A program made the translations under genes and the position numbers. The notes under the pieces are model-generated. The model searched no databases. It was not told where the DNA came from and was given only the letters and a program-made list of their open reading frames with translations. Below are positions 40,901 to 49,864 of a DNA stretch of 61,711 nucleotides, piece after piece; within the stretch, counting starts at the first letter, position 1, and each line of letters begins with the position of its first letter. Location of the stretch: IMG/VR virus record IMGVR_UViG_3300042549_004976. The stretch is one strand, 5' to 3'. Source of the DNA: an uncultured virus (IMG/VR IMGVR_UViG_3300042549_004976). Taxonomy: Duplodnaviria; Heunggongvirae; Uroviricota; Caudoviricetes.

Positions 40901-42248
40901 CACGGAATCCTGAAGTAGTTTTGTACTTGTTGTTTAGTCCTGCTCGAATCAGCAACAGGGAGAACTCAGGAGTTGCCGCAGTAAGATTAGTTTCGGTGTT
41001 GGACTCGTACTCACCCGTGAGTATGGTGCAGTAGGTGTTCGATGTCATGGGAGTCACAAACGAAACATCAAACAAGGAGTTTGCTCCTGCCGATACGCCT
41101 TTCACATTGAATCCGTTTTCAATGTACGCGCTTACCGTGCTGCTGTTACCTTTGTTTGGTGGAATCACAATTGTTCCGTATGCCACTGCCTTGCGCTTGT
41201 CTGCTTTATTAAACAGAGAAGACGAGTAGGTGTTCCCCACCGTGCCAAAGCCTCTCGCACCAGGCACAAGCCGCTTGCGTGCGTCTTGGTTGCCTTTAGT
41301 ACCAGTATAAGTAGTTGGTTGTGCTCCAGGTGGAGTAGTAACAAACTCCGTCATTAGACTTCCTGGTTCTAGTTGTGCTGCCTGAACATAGTATGTGGCA
41401 GAAGTGGATGTGGATATGAATCCCAATCCACTCACTGTGTTGTCTTGTAGCCCAATTTGTATTGGTACCAGAGTAAGTGCATTAACTGGAGCATTACTAG
41501 TGACAGAATATCGTTTCCAAGTATTGGTAAGTGTGATCATTGTTTTGACATTGGTGGCATTTCTAATGAATATCTGCTCTCCACCCAACTCTCCCTTTAT
41601 AAAAATGCTAAATGTCCACGGTTTTCCTGCGAACCAAGCAGGAGTAACAGCAACTGGCAGTGAAAAGAAAGAGGAATTGTTGGGGGCAGCAATGCTTTGG
41701 ACAATCTTTACTGAAGTGGGTATTCCTATTGGACCTGGTACTTCGCTAGGAGTAGAGGCAGTAAATTTGCTGTCTTGTATCCAATTTCCAACTTCTGGAA
41801 TACGCAAATCACTTTCGGTTGCAAACGAAAACACTGCCACATTAGAACGAACTGCATACTGTGGGCTTGAGTCTCCTATACTGGCAGTTCCGCCACTTGG
41901 ATGAAATCCATCCTTGTATTCAAAGTTTACTACTCGTATTCCTGCGGACTTGCCAGTGGCGGTAATAACTCCTAATGCTACGGGTTCTATGGTCTGCGGT
42001 CTGTATTCTGTATCGTAACCTATTTCGGGTGTACAAATCGAAACATACGAGCCACTACCAAACTGTTCGGGATTGGAAAATGAAATCCCGTACAGTCCTG
42101 CACTTACTCGATGGGTTCCCAAAATACCGTAACCATCGTTCACCGTGGGAGCCTTGTCCGTGTCGTACTGCATATTGATCCACGCATCACAGGTGGGAAC
42201 AGTAGTAGTAGAAGAAGTAATTTGTGCTGCCGAACGAGAAGAAGTCAT
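37908..42248 (-). CDS. 1446-aa putative receptor-binding/depolymerase protein
   Basis: Two N-terminal AW/AYG..GFN..FVTPM modules, CBM-like TFSIFIKG..WKRYSVT..AQLE insert, large aromatic-rich C-terminal region. Confidence 0.5.
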   Translation of the reverse strand: MTSSRSAAQITSSTTTVPTCDAWINMQYDTDKAPTVNDGYGILGTHRVSAGLYGISFSNPEQFGSGSYVSICTPEIGYDTEYRPQTIEPVALGVITATGKSAGIRVVNFEYKDGFHPSGGTASIGDSSPQYAVRSNVAVFSFATESDLRIPEVGNWIQDSKFTASTPSEVPGPIGIPTSVKIVQSIAAPNNSSFFSLPVAVTPAWFAGKPWTFSIFIKGELGGEQIFIRNATNVKTMITLTNTWKRYSVTSNAPVNALTLVPIQIGLQDNTVSGLGFISTSTSATYYVQAAQLEPGSLMTEFVTTPPGAQPTTYTGTKGNQDARKRLVPGARGFGTVGNTYSSSLFNKADKRKAVAYGTIVIPPNKGNSSTVSAYIENGFNVKGVSAGANSLFDVSFVTPMTSNTYCTILTGEYESNTETNLTAATPEFSLLLIRAGLNNKYKTTSGFRVESLKQNPADNSWTQQGVIYQSGLTERIHFMVFGEMLQGQSFYLSNPTINSLSSPSTSADYAVWSANWIDIDYGKAHTGVGYDLPGNFDNYPLANSQSAVAAGILSAAPLVIPYESSAIENSLHKHLGGSVVSDRLKWRIIDRLKNVPPSRRCLYPRFLPNLIPVMNKDGNYERAYHAVHQYWANTTDGVNYGLGWTGYGSTAAATTAVFGRTMSPDARTIAHEYVTYNKFGAASSFPGITLYTGITLQSALAVDDTGITAWGGVAGFTLQFNDTIHFTSTERLYVAAEGATAFAGQFKRIPLVSASTFTKSIGAGFTVESAFVIPGATLLSGRKMPSLFCDEQAAYLKSVMVDLVNGISAGVIGDRTVGNIVPTPINYIIDDAENSDYHTLYYFGVGDGVPRKRWTRASGYTGYGGTFGYNNPAANPNGFTLSFLYDDLGVSAGYTGPINAVDPDLLRALANDPRMTTYKFHPSGITTDASHTFNSRFMEIYNGLLSTFGKYKGVGSTVGSVSEAIEIAYVAGACFGGGGKYKDSRLSASATNYLPTSYLGGDLGQLNPENISQIYVQMAWDGTMRELTESGHYRNLVYNTLRDMGLSAGNYYRQHSTIGDILFNSSGNSDPTYSPPPGPKDLICPNFYAYVGSKADSAGANPGKLAAYYPNPTNFLQKYFFNGNSYDGNRTGYDYTPVNDTVRFYHKTGLAGVSKYDYGVTLSLGEGRSAAAAFSATDTGITAWKGFRYSPTDILWVGGRGITIASYVTAGNLGVGGKVYIRLHGPIGVSGVEGAAIEVEEARNNMGFLGFMIEMRTIRSAQRASPDLWKRFTPWITTPYWTDGGFADDRRYWWELNYHLILAGAGPLAVWCDSTYAALSPDPRGKLDGDAKLVHTALNNWRIISGNSKCGPPRIIDYPQLNDQVIVSGAPLLSGANAGLYAWRLTVRPGLIGERIVLAQSARSDIPLTITIDDIATDYHGVAPNGVRGAWLLTKSAVPPVYTIV

Positions 42249-42694
42249 AGTACCACCACCCTTATTTGATTTGTCGTAAACTGGAGTGTGGTGAATGGTA
42301 CGGCAAGAACTCTATTACCATTTGGACCAGTTAGAGTACTAATACCCACTCGTATCCAAAATGAAGTGGTTAGTTTTGGAAATTGAGTTGAGTTTAGTGC
42401 ATGAGCATATACTGTAGTAGGTGCAGGTCGCGAAACTCCAGGCTGTATAAAAATTTTATATTTGGTGTCCTGCATGGGAGTAATAAAAGAAAACTTGAGT
42501 GCTCTACCATCTATTGAACTACCACCAGCATAGTTAGACGGATCCAAACGAAGGTTGTATCCGTCTACAAAAATTAAATTATCCCACTTGTTGGTGGTAA
42601 ACGAGGTTATAGCAGTACCAGACACAGCCGTATGGCACCACGCCTTAACGGTGCTGTTGTGTGCAAAGAATGGAAGTTGCGGTGAGTTTGCCAT
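42245..42694 (-). CDS. Fibre-associated small protein
   Basis: VKAWC..DGYNL..FITPMQDTKY, resembling N-terminal modules of the downstream gene. Confidence 0.5.
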   Translation of the reverse strand: MANSPQLPFFAHNSTVKAWCHTAVSGTAITSFTTNKWDNLIFVDGYNLRLDPSNYAGGSSIDGRALKFSFITPMQDTKYKIFIQPGVSRPAPTTVYAHALNSTQFPKLTTSFWIRVGISTLTGPNGNRVLAVPFTTLQFTTNQIRVVVL

Positions 42695-43077
42695 TACAAT
42701 TGCCTCAGAATCTGTGCTAGTTTGCCGTCCATTGGGATGTCCGAGACTACGATGCCGTCAAAAATCATCCGCTCATCTATGTATTCCAAATACATGAGAA
42801 CGGTTTTGAGTGCAGGGTAGATGTCCGCTTCCAATTTGTGAAACAGCATACGAGACGCTGCCGCACGACCAAACACATTCCCAAGCACCATGATATGGTT
42901 CAGGAGAAGAATGGTTCGCAAAGTGCCGCAGCGGTTATACCGCTTCAGCAACCGCTTTACATATTTGATTTTTGAAATATCTTCCAAGAATTCATCCATC
43001 CCCATGCAATCAGGATTGGTGTAGTTTCCCATTGCATAGAGAGAGAAGTTGTCTTTGGTCAATATATTAATGTCCAT
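42694..43077 (-). CDS. Conserved T4-like hypothetical protein
   Basis: YAMGNYTNPDC..EFLED..KYVKRLLKRY..LLLNH..NVFG. Confidence 0.65.
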   Translation of the reverse strand: MDINILTKDNFSLYAMGNYTNPDCMGMDEFLEDISKIKYVKRLLKRYNRCGTLRTILLLNHIMVLGNVFGRAAASRMLFHKLEADIYPALKTVLMYLEYIDERMIFDGIVVSDIPMDGKLAQILRQL

Positions 43078-43092
43078 GATAAAAGTATTCGC

Positions 43093-44370
43093 TTACCAGC
43101 GCATACCGTACTTGTTTAGTCTGTCTTTAATTGCATGACTTTTAGCACTTTGTTCTGCTCCACCTGGTAGTGTAGTCCGCTTCTTCATAGTCTTCTTTGG
43201 GGTCTTTGCGGCTTCATCCACAACCTTCTTGATGCGCTTGGTTCCCTTGCCGCTTTGATCAGCAATGTTTGATCCAAGAGCAGGATCCATGATTGGAAGA
43301 CCTGTGGTGAATTCTGTGGTTACATCTTCCTTTACAGACTTCTTGGAGCGAAGCATCTTGAAGTCTTGCGAGTCAAGCCGCTTGTTCTTGTTTGCATCAA
43401 GTTTCTTCTGACCGCCAACAAGTTCTTCCTTTACAGACTTCTTTGATCGAAGCAGTTTGAAGTCTTGTGAATCGAGACGCTTGTTCTTGTTTGCATCAAG
43501 TTTCTTCTGACCGCCAACGAGTTCTTCCTTGACACCCATAGCCGTCTTGATGCCCTTCACAGCATTGGCTTGCTTTTTGCCCGTGAGCGAATTGTAGTTC
43601 TTGTCGGAACCGTACTTCATGGACGACAGTTGTGATCCACGCTTGGCAACATACGCGTCCTTGGTCGCCTTGCTCAACTCGTCAATCTGCTCTGCGCCTT
43701 CCTTCACTTCCACGCCTTCTTCAGCCATCACAGGCTCTTCCTTTGGTGAAACAAAAGCGGTTACACGGTACATGGAATCATCGCCCAATTCAACCTTAAC
43801 GGTAAGCGTGAACTCTTGGAATCCGTCTTGACTGCCAGCGCGACCATCAAAGCGAATGCCGCCAGTCAGTGCATCGTATCCATCAACACGACCAAAGCGT
43901 GTCAGCGGAAGAGTAAACACACCAACCACAGCATTGTTTTCTCCTGGTGCCGAAGGTGGAACCTGTGCGTATCCTGACCACACGCGTGGTGTCCACGGAA
44001 AGTCAAGCAGCAGCACATTGAGCCGTGCACGAATCTTCACCAGTGCATCGGTGGTATTCAAGTACGAGTACTTTGAAAGAGCATTAAGCATGGCATTGGC
44101 GTTGGCAATGAACTGTGCGTTGAACTTGAATGCGCCAACATCAGTATCAAGCGAACGATTAGGATAGCCTGTAAGGGTTTCCTTGTATTCGCTCTCGTTG
44201 AGTGTGTTGCGGAACGCTTTGAATTGCTTGGTTTCTTTCATGTGCTTTGCCTTTGAAATTTCGATGGCAGCCAGTTGCTTCTGTGCCTTCTCTTTGGATG
44301 GGTGGGTTCCTAGAATCTTGGAACCTGTAGAATCAGTGACTACGAATTTGCTTCCGCTTTTCTTGATCAT
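43093..44370 (-). CDS. Mosaic putative head internal protein
   Basis: Internal KQFKAFRNTLNE; IDELS module; 33-aa tandem repeat. Confidence 0.55.
   Translation of the reverse strand: MIKKSGSKFVVTDSTGSKILGTHPSKEKAQKQLAAIEISKAKHMKETKQFKAFRNTLNESEYKETLTGYPNRSLDTDVGAFKFNAQFIANANAMLNALSKYSYLNTTDALVKIRARLNVLLLDFPWTPRVWSGYAQVPPSAPGENNAVVGVFTLPLTRFGRVDGYDALTGGIRFDGRAGSQDGFQEFTLTVKVELGDDSMYRVTAFVSPKEEPVMAEEGVEVKEGAEQIDELSKATKDAYVAKRGSQLSSMKYGSDKNYNSLTGKKQANAVKGIKTAMGVKEELVGGQKKLDANKNKRLDSQDFKLLRSKKSVKEELVGGQKKLDANKNKRLDSQDFKMLRSKKSVKEDVTTEFTTGLPIMDPALGSNIADQSGKGTKRIKKVVDEAAKTPKKTMKKRTTLPGGAEQSAKSHAIKDRLNKYGMRW
43326..43530 (-). repeat. Two tandem ~99-bp repeats encoding KEELVGGQKKLDANKNKRLDSQDFKxLRSKKSV
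   Basis: Direct comparison of DNA and protein. Confidence 0.85.
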
Positions 44371-44373
44371 GGT

Positions 44374-45819
44374 TTAGTCTGTTGTTGTGGTTGAACGGTA
44401 GTCTGCATCACCTGAGCGGCGGCGTTGACTTGTCTTGGTGTCTTTGGTGCGCCGATCCTTTGCCCACTCCATCTTTTTACCTTTTCCCATACGAGCCATT
44501 GGATTCGTTGATCCACGAGCAGGTGGAATAGGCTTGCGAAGTTCTTCTGCGTGTTTCGCGTAGTCTGCTTTCAGACCCTGAAGTTTTGCAGTGACCTCAC
44601 TGGCTTCATTCACTTTCTTCTTGACGATAGGTCTTTCTATTTTTCTCGCGTGTTTCAAATCGGCTTTTAATTCTCGATCCTTGAGTTGATTTGAAGTACT
44701 ATTTTTTGGGTTGTATTTCAAATCTGGATGTTCTTCAGCGGTTCTTTTGTCTGATGGTTTACCCATCATTTTAATTAAGTCAACTCTTCTCATTCTTGCG
44801 TGTGCGATCTTAGAATCCCTAAGTCCTTTACTTGAATAATCATCTTCATCAGTAACACGATTGGCATCACTTGTTGCTTTACTCTTAATTTTGTCCAACG
44901 CGGCTCTTCTTGCAGGAGTAATTCTATAGATTTCAGTAACCTCACTGGCTTCTTTCACTGGCTTTGGCTTTGGCAACTTTTCGGATTCCATTTCATCGCG
45001 CAGTTTACGAGCCTTCTCTCGCGCAGTAGCATTTTCCTTTGGACTCTTGCGGTTCATGGTGGTCATGTACTCGTTGAGTTCACTCTGAAGATCAAAAAAG
45101 GTTTTGCCTTCGCTCACACTTTTCCAACCGCCGCCTTGTTCGTTGTACCACTTAACAGCCCAACCGTTGGCGTAGGCAGAAGGGTACACATCAAACTTGC
45201 TACGAGCCTTGGACTTCGCTTGTGACCACAGTTCAGGATTTGTTGGCTTGTTCTTTTCCATTAGTTCCTGTGCGGCTTCAACCAAACCAAACTCATCCAT
45301 GCTTTCGGTGTTTGGTGTTTCGAATGACTCCTCAACGGTTTCTCCACCAAGAGTCTTGCGGAAAGCGTTGAACAGAACAGGTGATCCTGTAATCTTCTTT
45401 ACCATTGAGTCCATCATGTCGATCATAAGATCGCGATACACTTTGGATGCACCCATCTTGACGGCTGTCTCAGGAGATTGCAGAGCGCGGCGAGCCACGA
45501 TTACATCCTTCTTCTTTACAAGACCACTACGAAGCAGGGTCTTTGTGCGTTCGCCTTCAACACTTTCGGTGGTGATGTTTGATTCCTTGGACAGACTAGT
45601 GCGGAGAGCGGTGTACAGGTTGCGGTTATTCAGAACACGATCCACCACATCGACAAGAATTTCCTGCATAAGCATACGGTATGCGGGATTCTTCATTGCC
45701 TTGTCGGGATCCTGAAACAGAACCGCTGCACGGCGAATGTTGTTCTTGGAAACAAGACCAAGCCGCAGCAAGGTGTTGAGTTTCGATGTGATTCCGCTAT
45801 CGTGTCCGATTCCGTCCAT
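44374..45819 (-). CDS. Mosaic putative head internal protein
   Basis: Duplicated TLLRxGLV domain; NKPTNPELW..YPSAYANGW..GGGW module; basic C-terminal modules. Confidence 0.55.
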   Translation of the reverse strand: MDGIGHDSGITSKLNTLLRLGLVSKNNIRRAAVLFQDPDKAMKNPAYRMLMQEILVDVVDRVLNNRNLYTALRTSLSKESNITTESVEGERTKTLLRSGLVKKKDVIVARRALQSPETAVKMGASKVYRDLMIDMMDSMVKKITGSPVLFNAFRKTLGGETVEESFETPNTESMDEFGLVEAAQELMEKNKPTNPELWSQAKSKARSKFDVYPSAYANGWAVKWYNEQGGGWKSVSEGKTFFDLQSELNEYMTTMNRKSPKENATAREKARKLRDEMESEKLPKPKPVKEASEVTEIYRITPARRAALDKIKSKATSDANRVTDEDDYSSKGLRDSKIAHARMRRVDLIKMMGKPSDKRTAEEHPDLKYNPKNSTSNQLKDRELKADLKHARKIERPIVKKKVNEASEVTAKLQGLKADYAKHAEELRKPIPPARGSTNPMARMGKGKKMEWAKDRRTKDTKTSQRRRSGDADYRSTTTTD

Positions 45820-45838
45820 AGTAGAGTCTCCCTTTTCT

Positions 45839-46900
45839 TTATTTAGACGATTTCAAGTGGCTAGTCATGCGGGGGGCGTTTCCTTTTCCGCTTTGTTGTG
45901 TTTCTGGTTCAACTCGTCTTTTTTGAATTACAGCGCGTTTTCTCTCTTTGGGAGTCATCTCTCCCACCGTCTCAGGAGTCTTGCTGCTTACTTTGTTTGC
46001 AGGACGGCATTTAGGGTATTTACCCTTGGAGGTGTCGGATCGACCACATGGGGGGTATTCCCCTGTCTTGGGGTCTTTCTTGCCGCCAATGTCCACCCAC
46101 TTCTCTTTGAACCACCGCGAAAGGTCTTCGTCCATTTTACATGGAGGCGTGGGAAATATTTTATTGTGCTTGGAGAATCCCCCTGTTTGACCAGGAGTAT
46201 CGGCTCTTCGCTTTTTCTTGTCGCTCTCAAGCAGTCGCTCTGCGGCGGCACGGTAAATATCTGTGTAGTTAATGCCTTCTTTAATCATCGTTTTCATACC
46301 CCGTTGTAGGTCTTGGTACAAATCCTTTACATCAGAGGAATTAGCCTGTCGGGGCATTCCGCTCTTGAAAGTCTTGAAGTCGTTTGCGGCAGCAGCAGCA
46401 CGAAGTTTGGACGCGCTCATGCCCTGCACACCTGTTGCGTTCTCGTCTCGTTTTCCTGCACCAACAATCGTCAGGCTCTTTAGTTTAAGGCGGTCTTTCC
46501 TGCGAGTGGAACTCATCAGGTCTTTGAAAGCCTCGTAACTTCCTTGACGATCTTCTCCGCCCACAAGGTGTACATGATCGTATCCCTTTTCGGCAAGCCA
46601 GTACAGCATCTCCACAGGGTTCTTGATTGTATTCAAGTCCTTGAAGTTTGCGTCAGGAAAGAACCGCTTCAGGTACTTGAATTTCTGTCGGGGGGTGAGT
46701 GGGTTCTTCTTGGGGTCGTTTGTGCGACTGCTGAACATAGCGTACTCTGCGCCCAAACTCTTTGCCGTGCTAATGACCTTATCGACTAGCAGTTGGTGAC
46801 CTGATGTGGGGGGTTGAAAGCGACCAAAGGCAACAACGATAGACTTGCCTTTAGTCTTGGGTTTAACAATATCCCGAACTTTTTTTTCCACTGTGATCAC
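45839..46900 (-). CDS. Cytidyltransferase-like (HIGH-family) protein with C-terminal RWFKEKW module
   Basis: FGRFQPPTSGH, KNPL, GEDR, SASKLR; RWFKEKWVD..CGR..YPKCRP. Confidence 0.75.
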   Translation of the reverse strand: MITVEKKVRDIVKPKTKGKSIVVAFGRFQPPTSGHQLLVDKVISTAKSLGAEYAMFSSRTNDPKKNPLTPRQKFKYLKRFFPDANFKDLNTIKNPVEMLYWLAEKGYDHVHLVGGEDRQGSYEAFKDLMSSTRRKDRLKLKSLTIVGAGKRDENATGVQGMSASKLRAAAAANDFKTFKSGMPRQANSSDVKDLYQDLQRGMKTMIKEGINYTDIYRAAAERLLESDKKKRRADTPGQTGGFSKHNKIFPTPPCKMDEDLSRWFKEKWVDIGGKKDPKTGEYPPCGRSDTSKGKYPKCRPANKVSSKTPETVGEMTPKERKRAVIQKRRVEPETQQSGKGNAPRMTSHLKSSK

Positions 46901-46933
46901 CTCTTTATTGTTACACCAGACACCAACTGCCAG

Positions 46934-48142
46934 TCAAGGTTTATTCCAAGTCTTTTCTGTGGTCAGATTGCTGCGTGAAAAATCCAATCGGTCTACCAAT
47001 TTAACTGCATTGTTGCTCAAGCGGTCGATTGCAACAAATCCTTCAGGAGTAGTAACTCGATATCCGCTCTTGTCCTTGATAAAGGTTCCTACGCCTGTTT
47101 GCATGGAAGCCATCTTCTGAACAATTGTGAGTTTCAACTGAGCCAGTGCATTATGTAGTGCAAAAACACGAGCAAGTTGGTTTCTGTTGTTGCGAACCCA
47201 ATCAATAGATGGAGTAGTTTTTGTGCTTGCTACTTTGCGTTTGCCTTGTGCGCGGTCAAGCATGAATTGCAGGAGTTGATTCACATCAGCATGAGAAGTA
47301 GCAACTCCTCCACGCACCAATCCGTTGATGTAGGTCTTGATTTCTATCTTTACTCCCTCGTTCTTGCCAATGCCGTTCAAGACAACACGCAAGTCAGCAG
47401 CAGTCTTGGTAAGACTAGCAATAGAGTTTTCAATTGTGCTGCGTTCCGATGGGGAGAATAGTCCTGATCCGTTTGCAAACTTCATTGTGGCGTTATCAAA
47501 CCAAACATCCTTTACTTTTTTCATGTAACTAATATCGGGATTGAATCGTGCAGTCATGGTGGCGATTGATTCGCCCTCGTATGCGGTATGGAACACAATG
47601 CCAATCTTTGCTGCTGCCATGCGTGTTCCCAAATCACTTTTTGGATCCACGGCGTATTTGATTGTGTTCGGCTGAAAGGTAAGGTAACTCTTGCCGTCAA
47701 TGAGTTCCCGCTGTTTTGATTCCCCATCGAACATCATGTCGCCTTGCAGCACACCACGAATACCAAGTTTGGAAAAATGCTTTAGCGCAAGTTTAAGTTT
47801 TAAGTTCAATCCCTCTACGGGATGGTTGGCATCAATATCTGAATTGGTAAAGTTCAATTTGGGAGTCACATTGAACACACTCTTTGTGCCAACAAAAAAT
47901 CGACCGCTTTGGGGGTCGATTCCACAAATAATGGCGGGTGCGCCATCCCACTTTACCGTGATGTCGTATGCACTAGGAGCGTTCGCTGTGAGAGCCTCCA
48001 CAACGCCCCGTAAAGCCTTTATGGCGCGTCCGAACCCTGCGTAGCCGCTGTTGAGGATCTCGTCCTCAAGATGCTCCAAATGGACATTCTTTCCACTTGA
48101 TTTTTTAAATGCTTCGACTAGGTGTTCGGTAAATGCTCTCAT
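46934..48142 (-). CDS. Conserved T4-like protein (DUF6267-like) with CTS-like leader
   Basis: HLEHLED, TVKWDGAPA, FVGTKSVFN, QGD, PNTI, PEGFVA, KLVDRLDFS; begins MRAFTEHLVE. Confidence 0.7.
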   Translation of the reverse strand: MRAFTEHLVEAFKKSSGKNVHLEHLEDEILNSGYAGFGRAIKALRGVVEALTANAPSAYDITVKWDGAPAIICGIDPQSGRFFVGTKSVFNVTPKLNFTNSDIDANHPVEGLNLKLKLALKHFSKLGIRGVLQGDMMFDGESKQRELIDGKSYLTFQPNTIKYAVDPKSDLGTRMAAAKIGIVFHTAYEGESIATMTARFNPDISYMKKVKDVWFDNATMKFANGSGLFSPSERSTIENSIASLTKTAADLRVVLNGIGKNEGVKIEIKTYINGLVRGGVATSHADVNQLLQFMLDRAQGKRKVASTKTTPSIDWVRNNRNQLARVFALHNALAQLKLTIVQKMASMQTGVGTFIKDKSGYRVTTPEGFVAIDRLSNNAVKLVDRLDFSRSNLTTEKTWNKP

Positions 48143-48159
48143 AATTCTCCTGTGCTTCT

Positions 48160-48825
48160 CTATTTAGAAGCATAGGAGTTCCGCTCGGAGCGGTAGAACT
48201 TGATTGCATCTGCCAAATCTGCAATATATTCCCGTGGATCGGCTGTAAACACCTGACAGCCACCCTGTTCCACACCAATCAGAATGGCAATATTTCGGAG
48301 TTCCACTCCTGTGCGATCCTGCCACATAAGCGAATACGCCGTGGCTTGCATGAAGTAGTCTTGAATTGCGTCTTCGCTTTTCGGATATGTGGAAGACTTA
48401 AAGTCGATAACCGACGGCTTGTCGTCAAAAAATCCAATGCAGTCCGTCCTTCCCGCCAATCCCACACGCTTTGACCACAGCGGCACTTCGATAGCGTGGA
48501 TCGTGCCGATGCGGTCGATAGACTCCTGCATTTCGAAAAATAGGTCGGACTCACAAGTCCCCGCATTCGTCTGTACGGAACTGTGATCGTTTTTGAGATA
48601 CGACTCGATAATTGAGTGAAGTTTCGTGCCACGGCTGAGTACTCTCTTTGATTCTTCGGGGTTTTCTCGCCGCCACTTGGCGAAGAAGGCTCGCTTCTTC
48701 CATCCCGTAACGGTGGTAACAGAGGGAAAAACGCCATCAGGGGTCTGATAGCGTCTGCCGCCGTCTGTGTCTACGCTGTTTACATTTTCGTCTAGCGTCA
48801 CTAATTCATGATGAAAGGTTTTCAT
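48160..48825 (-). CDS. PD-(D/E)XK exonuclease (T4-like exonuclease A / Cas4-like)
   Basis: PSVTT, RGTKLH, AGRTDC, IDFKS, YFMQATAY. Confidence 0.85.
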   Translation of the reverse strand: MKTFHHELVTLDENVNSVDTDGGRRYQTPDGVFPSVTTVTGWKKRAFFAKWRRENPEESKRVLSRGTKLHSIIESYLKNDHSSVQTNAGTCESDLFFEMQESIDRIGTIHAIEVPLWSKRVGLAGRTDCIGFFDDKPSVIDFKSSTYPKSEDAIQDYFMQATAYSLMWQDRTGVELRNIAILIGVEQGGCQVFTADPREYIADLADAIKFYRSERNSYASK

Positions 48826-49008
48826 TTATTCGTCTGGTGTTTCTTCAATGATCTCCGTGCCTTCAGGCAATTCGTCATTGCGTTTCTGCTGCGGAGGAGG
48901 AGTAATGGGAGTCTGATTGCGATTCTGTTGTCGCTGTGCAGCCTTCCACTGTGGATTGTTCTGCTGATTCTGCTGTATCCAACTCAAATAATTTCTCATG
49001 TTGCTCAT
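48826..49008 (-). CDS. Small Gln-rich hypothetical protein
   Basis: AGGAG RBS and sigma70-type promoter upstream. Confidence 0.45.
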   Translation of the reverse strand: MSNMRNYLSWIQQNQQNNPQWKAAQRQQNRNQTPITPPPQQKRNDELPEGTEIIEETPDE

Positions 49009-49021
49009 AGTAGTCTCCTGT

Positions 49022-49049
49022 AGTATATAGGGTGAATAGTCAAAGTCAA
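49022..49049 (-). promoter_or_regulatory. Sigma70-type promoter
   Basis: TTGACT-N16-TATACT on the minus strand. Confidence 0.65.
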
Positions 49050-49861
49050 GAATCAGAGCCAAGTATTTCTGCGTGTGTGTCCATGAACTCCTGAGACGCA
49101 GCAATGTACTTGGATGTGGTTTTAGAAAACTCTGCGAATATTCGCTGAGTGAACGGATGGGTATTTCCGAATTGCACAATACACGGAAGCAGAATAGCAT
49201 TAGCGGCTTCTTGTATGTAGGAGTGCTTTACATCAAATCCTCTTCCACCTTCTTGCTGCTTTGCTTCCAACAGCCCAATTGCTTGAATAAACGGCTGTTG
49301 TTTCTTTTCGGTTAGCAGTGGAAGCGCAGCAGTTGCAGCAGAAACAATATCACGAACGCAGTTCACACACGAACTTCTAATGCTGTAGTCGCACTCTTCT
49401 TTAATAGACAAGAACTCGAATGGCATGGTGTTCTCACGAATCTTCTTCAGCACATCACGGCTTTTAAAGAATTGAATGTCTTCTTTCTGAACTCGCACCA
49501 AGTCGTATTTCTGCATGGCAGCAGACATACTGCACACGCGATTAAAAAGATCACGCGAAGAAAACGCTTCCGCATATACCGATTGAGAGTCCTGAGTCCA
49601 ACACCTGAACATCTGTGCAATCTTTGGTTTGTATCGCAACTGAGTGTTGTCTGCTTCCACCACAAGCACCGAAGGGTGGTATCGTTCGACTAGATTCTCT
49701 ACAACAACACCTGCAAGGTGGGAAGAAGATCCCGCCGAGACTCGACATTGTAGTGATAGGGGTTGTGTTGGATTAGAGCAAGCAAAGGTTAATACGGCAA
49801 ACCCTTCGGTTGTCTTCACACGAACCGATCCACATCCATCGGTTTGTTCATATTCAATCAT
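49046..49861 (-). CDS. Hypothetical protein
   Basis: 271-aa ORF in operon. Confidence 0.55.
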   Translation of the reverse strand: MIEYEQTDGCGSVRVKTTEGFAVLTFACSNPTQPLSLQCRVSAGSSSHLAGVVVENLVERYHPSVLVVEADNTQLRYKPKIAQMFRCWTQDSQSVYAEAFSSRDLFNRVCSMSAAMQKYDLVRVQKEDIQFFKSRDVLKKIRENTMPFEFLSIKEECDYSIRSSCVNCVRDIVSAATAALPLLTEKKQQPFIQAIGLLEAKQQEGGRGFDVKHSYIQEAANAILLPCIVQFGNTHPFTQRIFAEFSKTTSKYIAASQEFMDTHAEILGSDS

Positions 49862-49864
49862 TTG

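Noticed and set aside
48160..48825. Cas4 as part of a CRISPR-Cas system; MKTFHHEL as a capsid leader
   Set aside because: No array or other cas genes; common stand-alone T4-like exonuclease; no Glu at position 10
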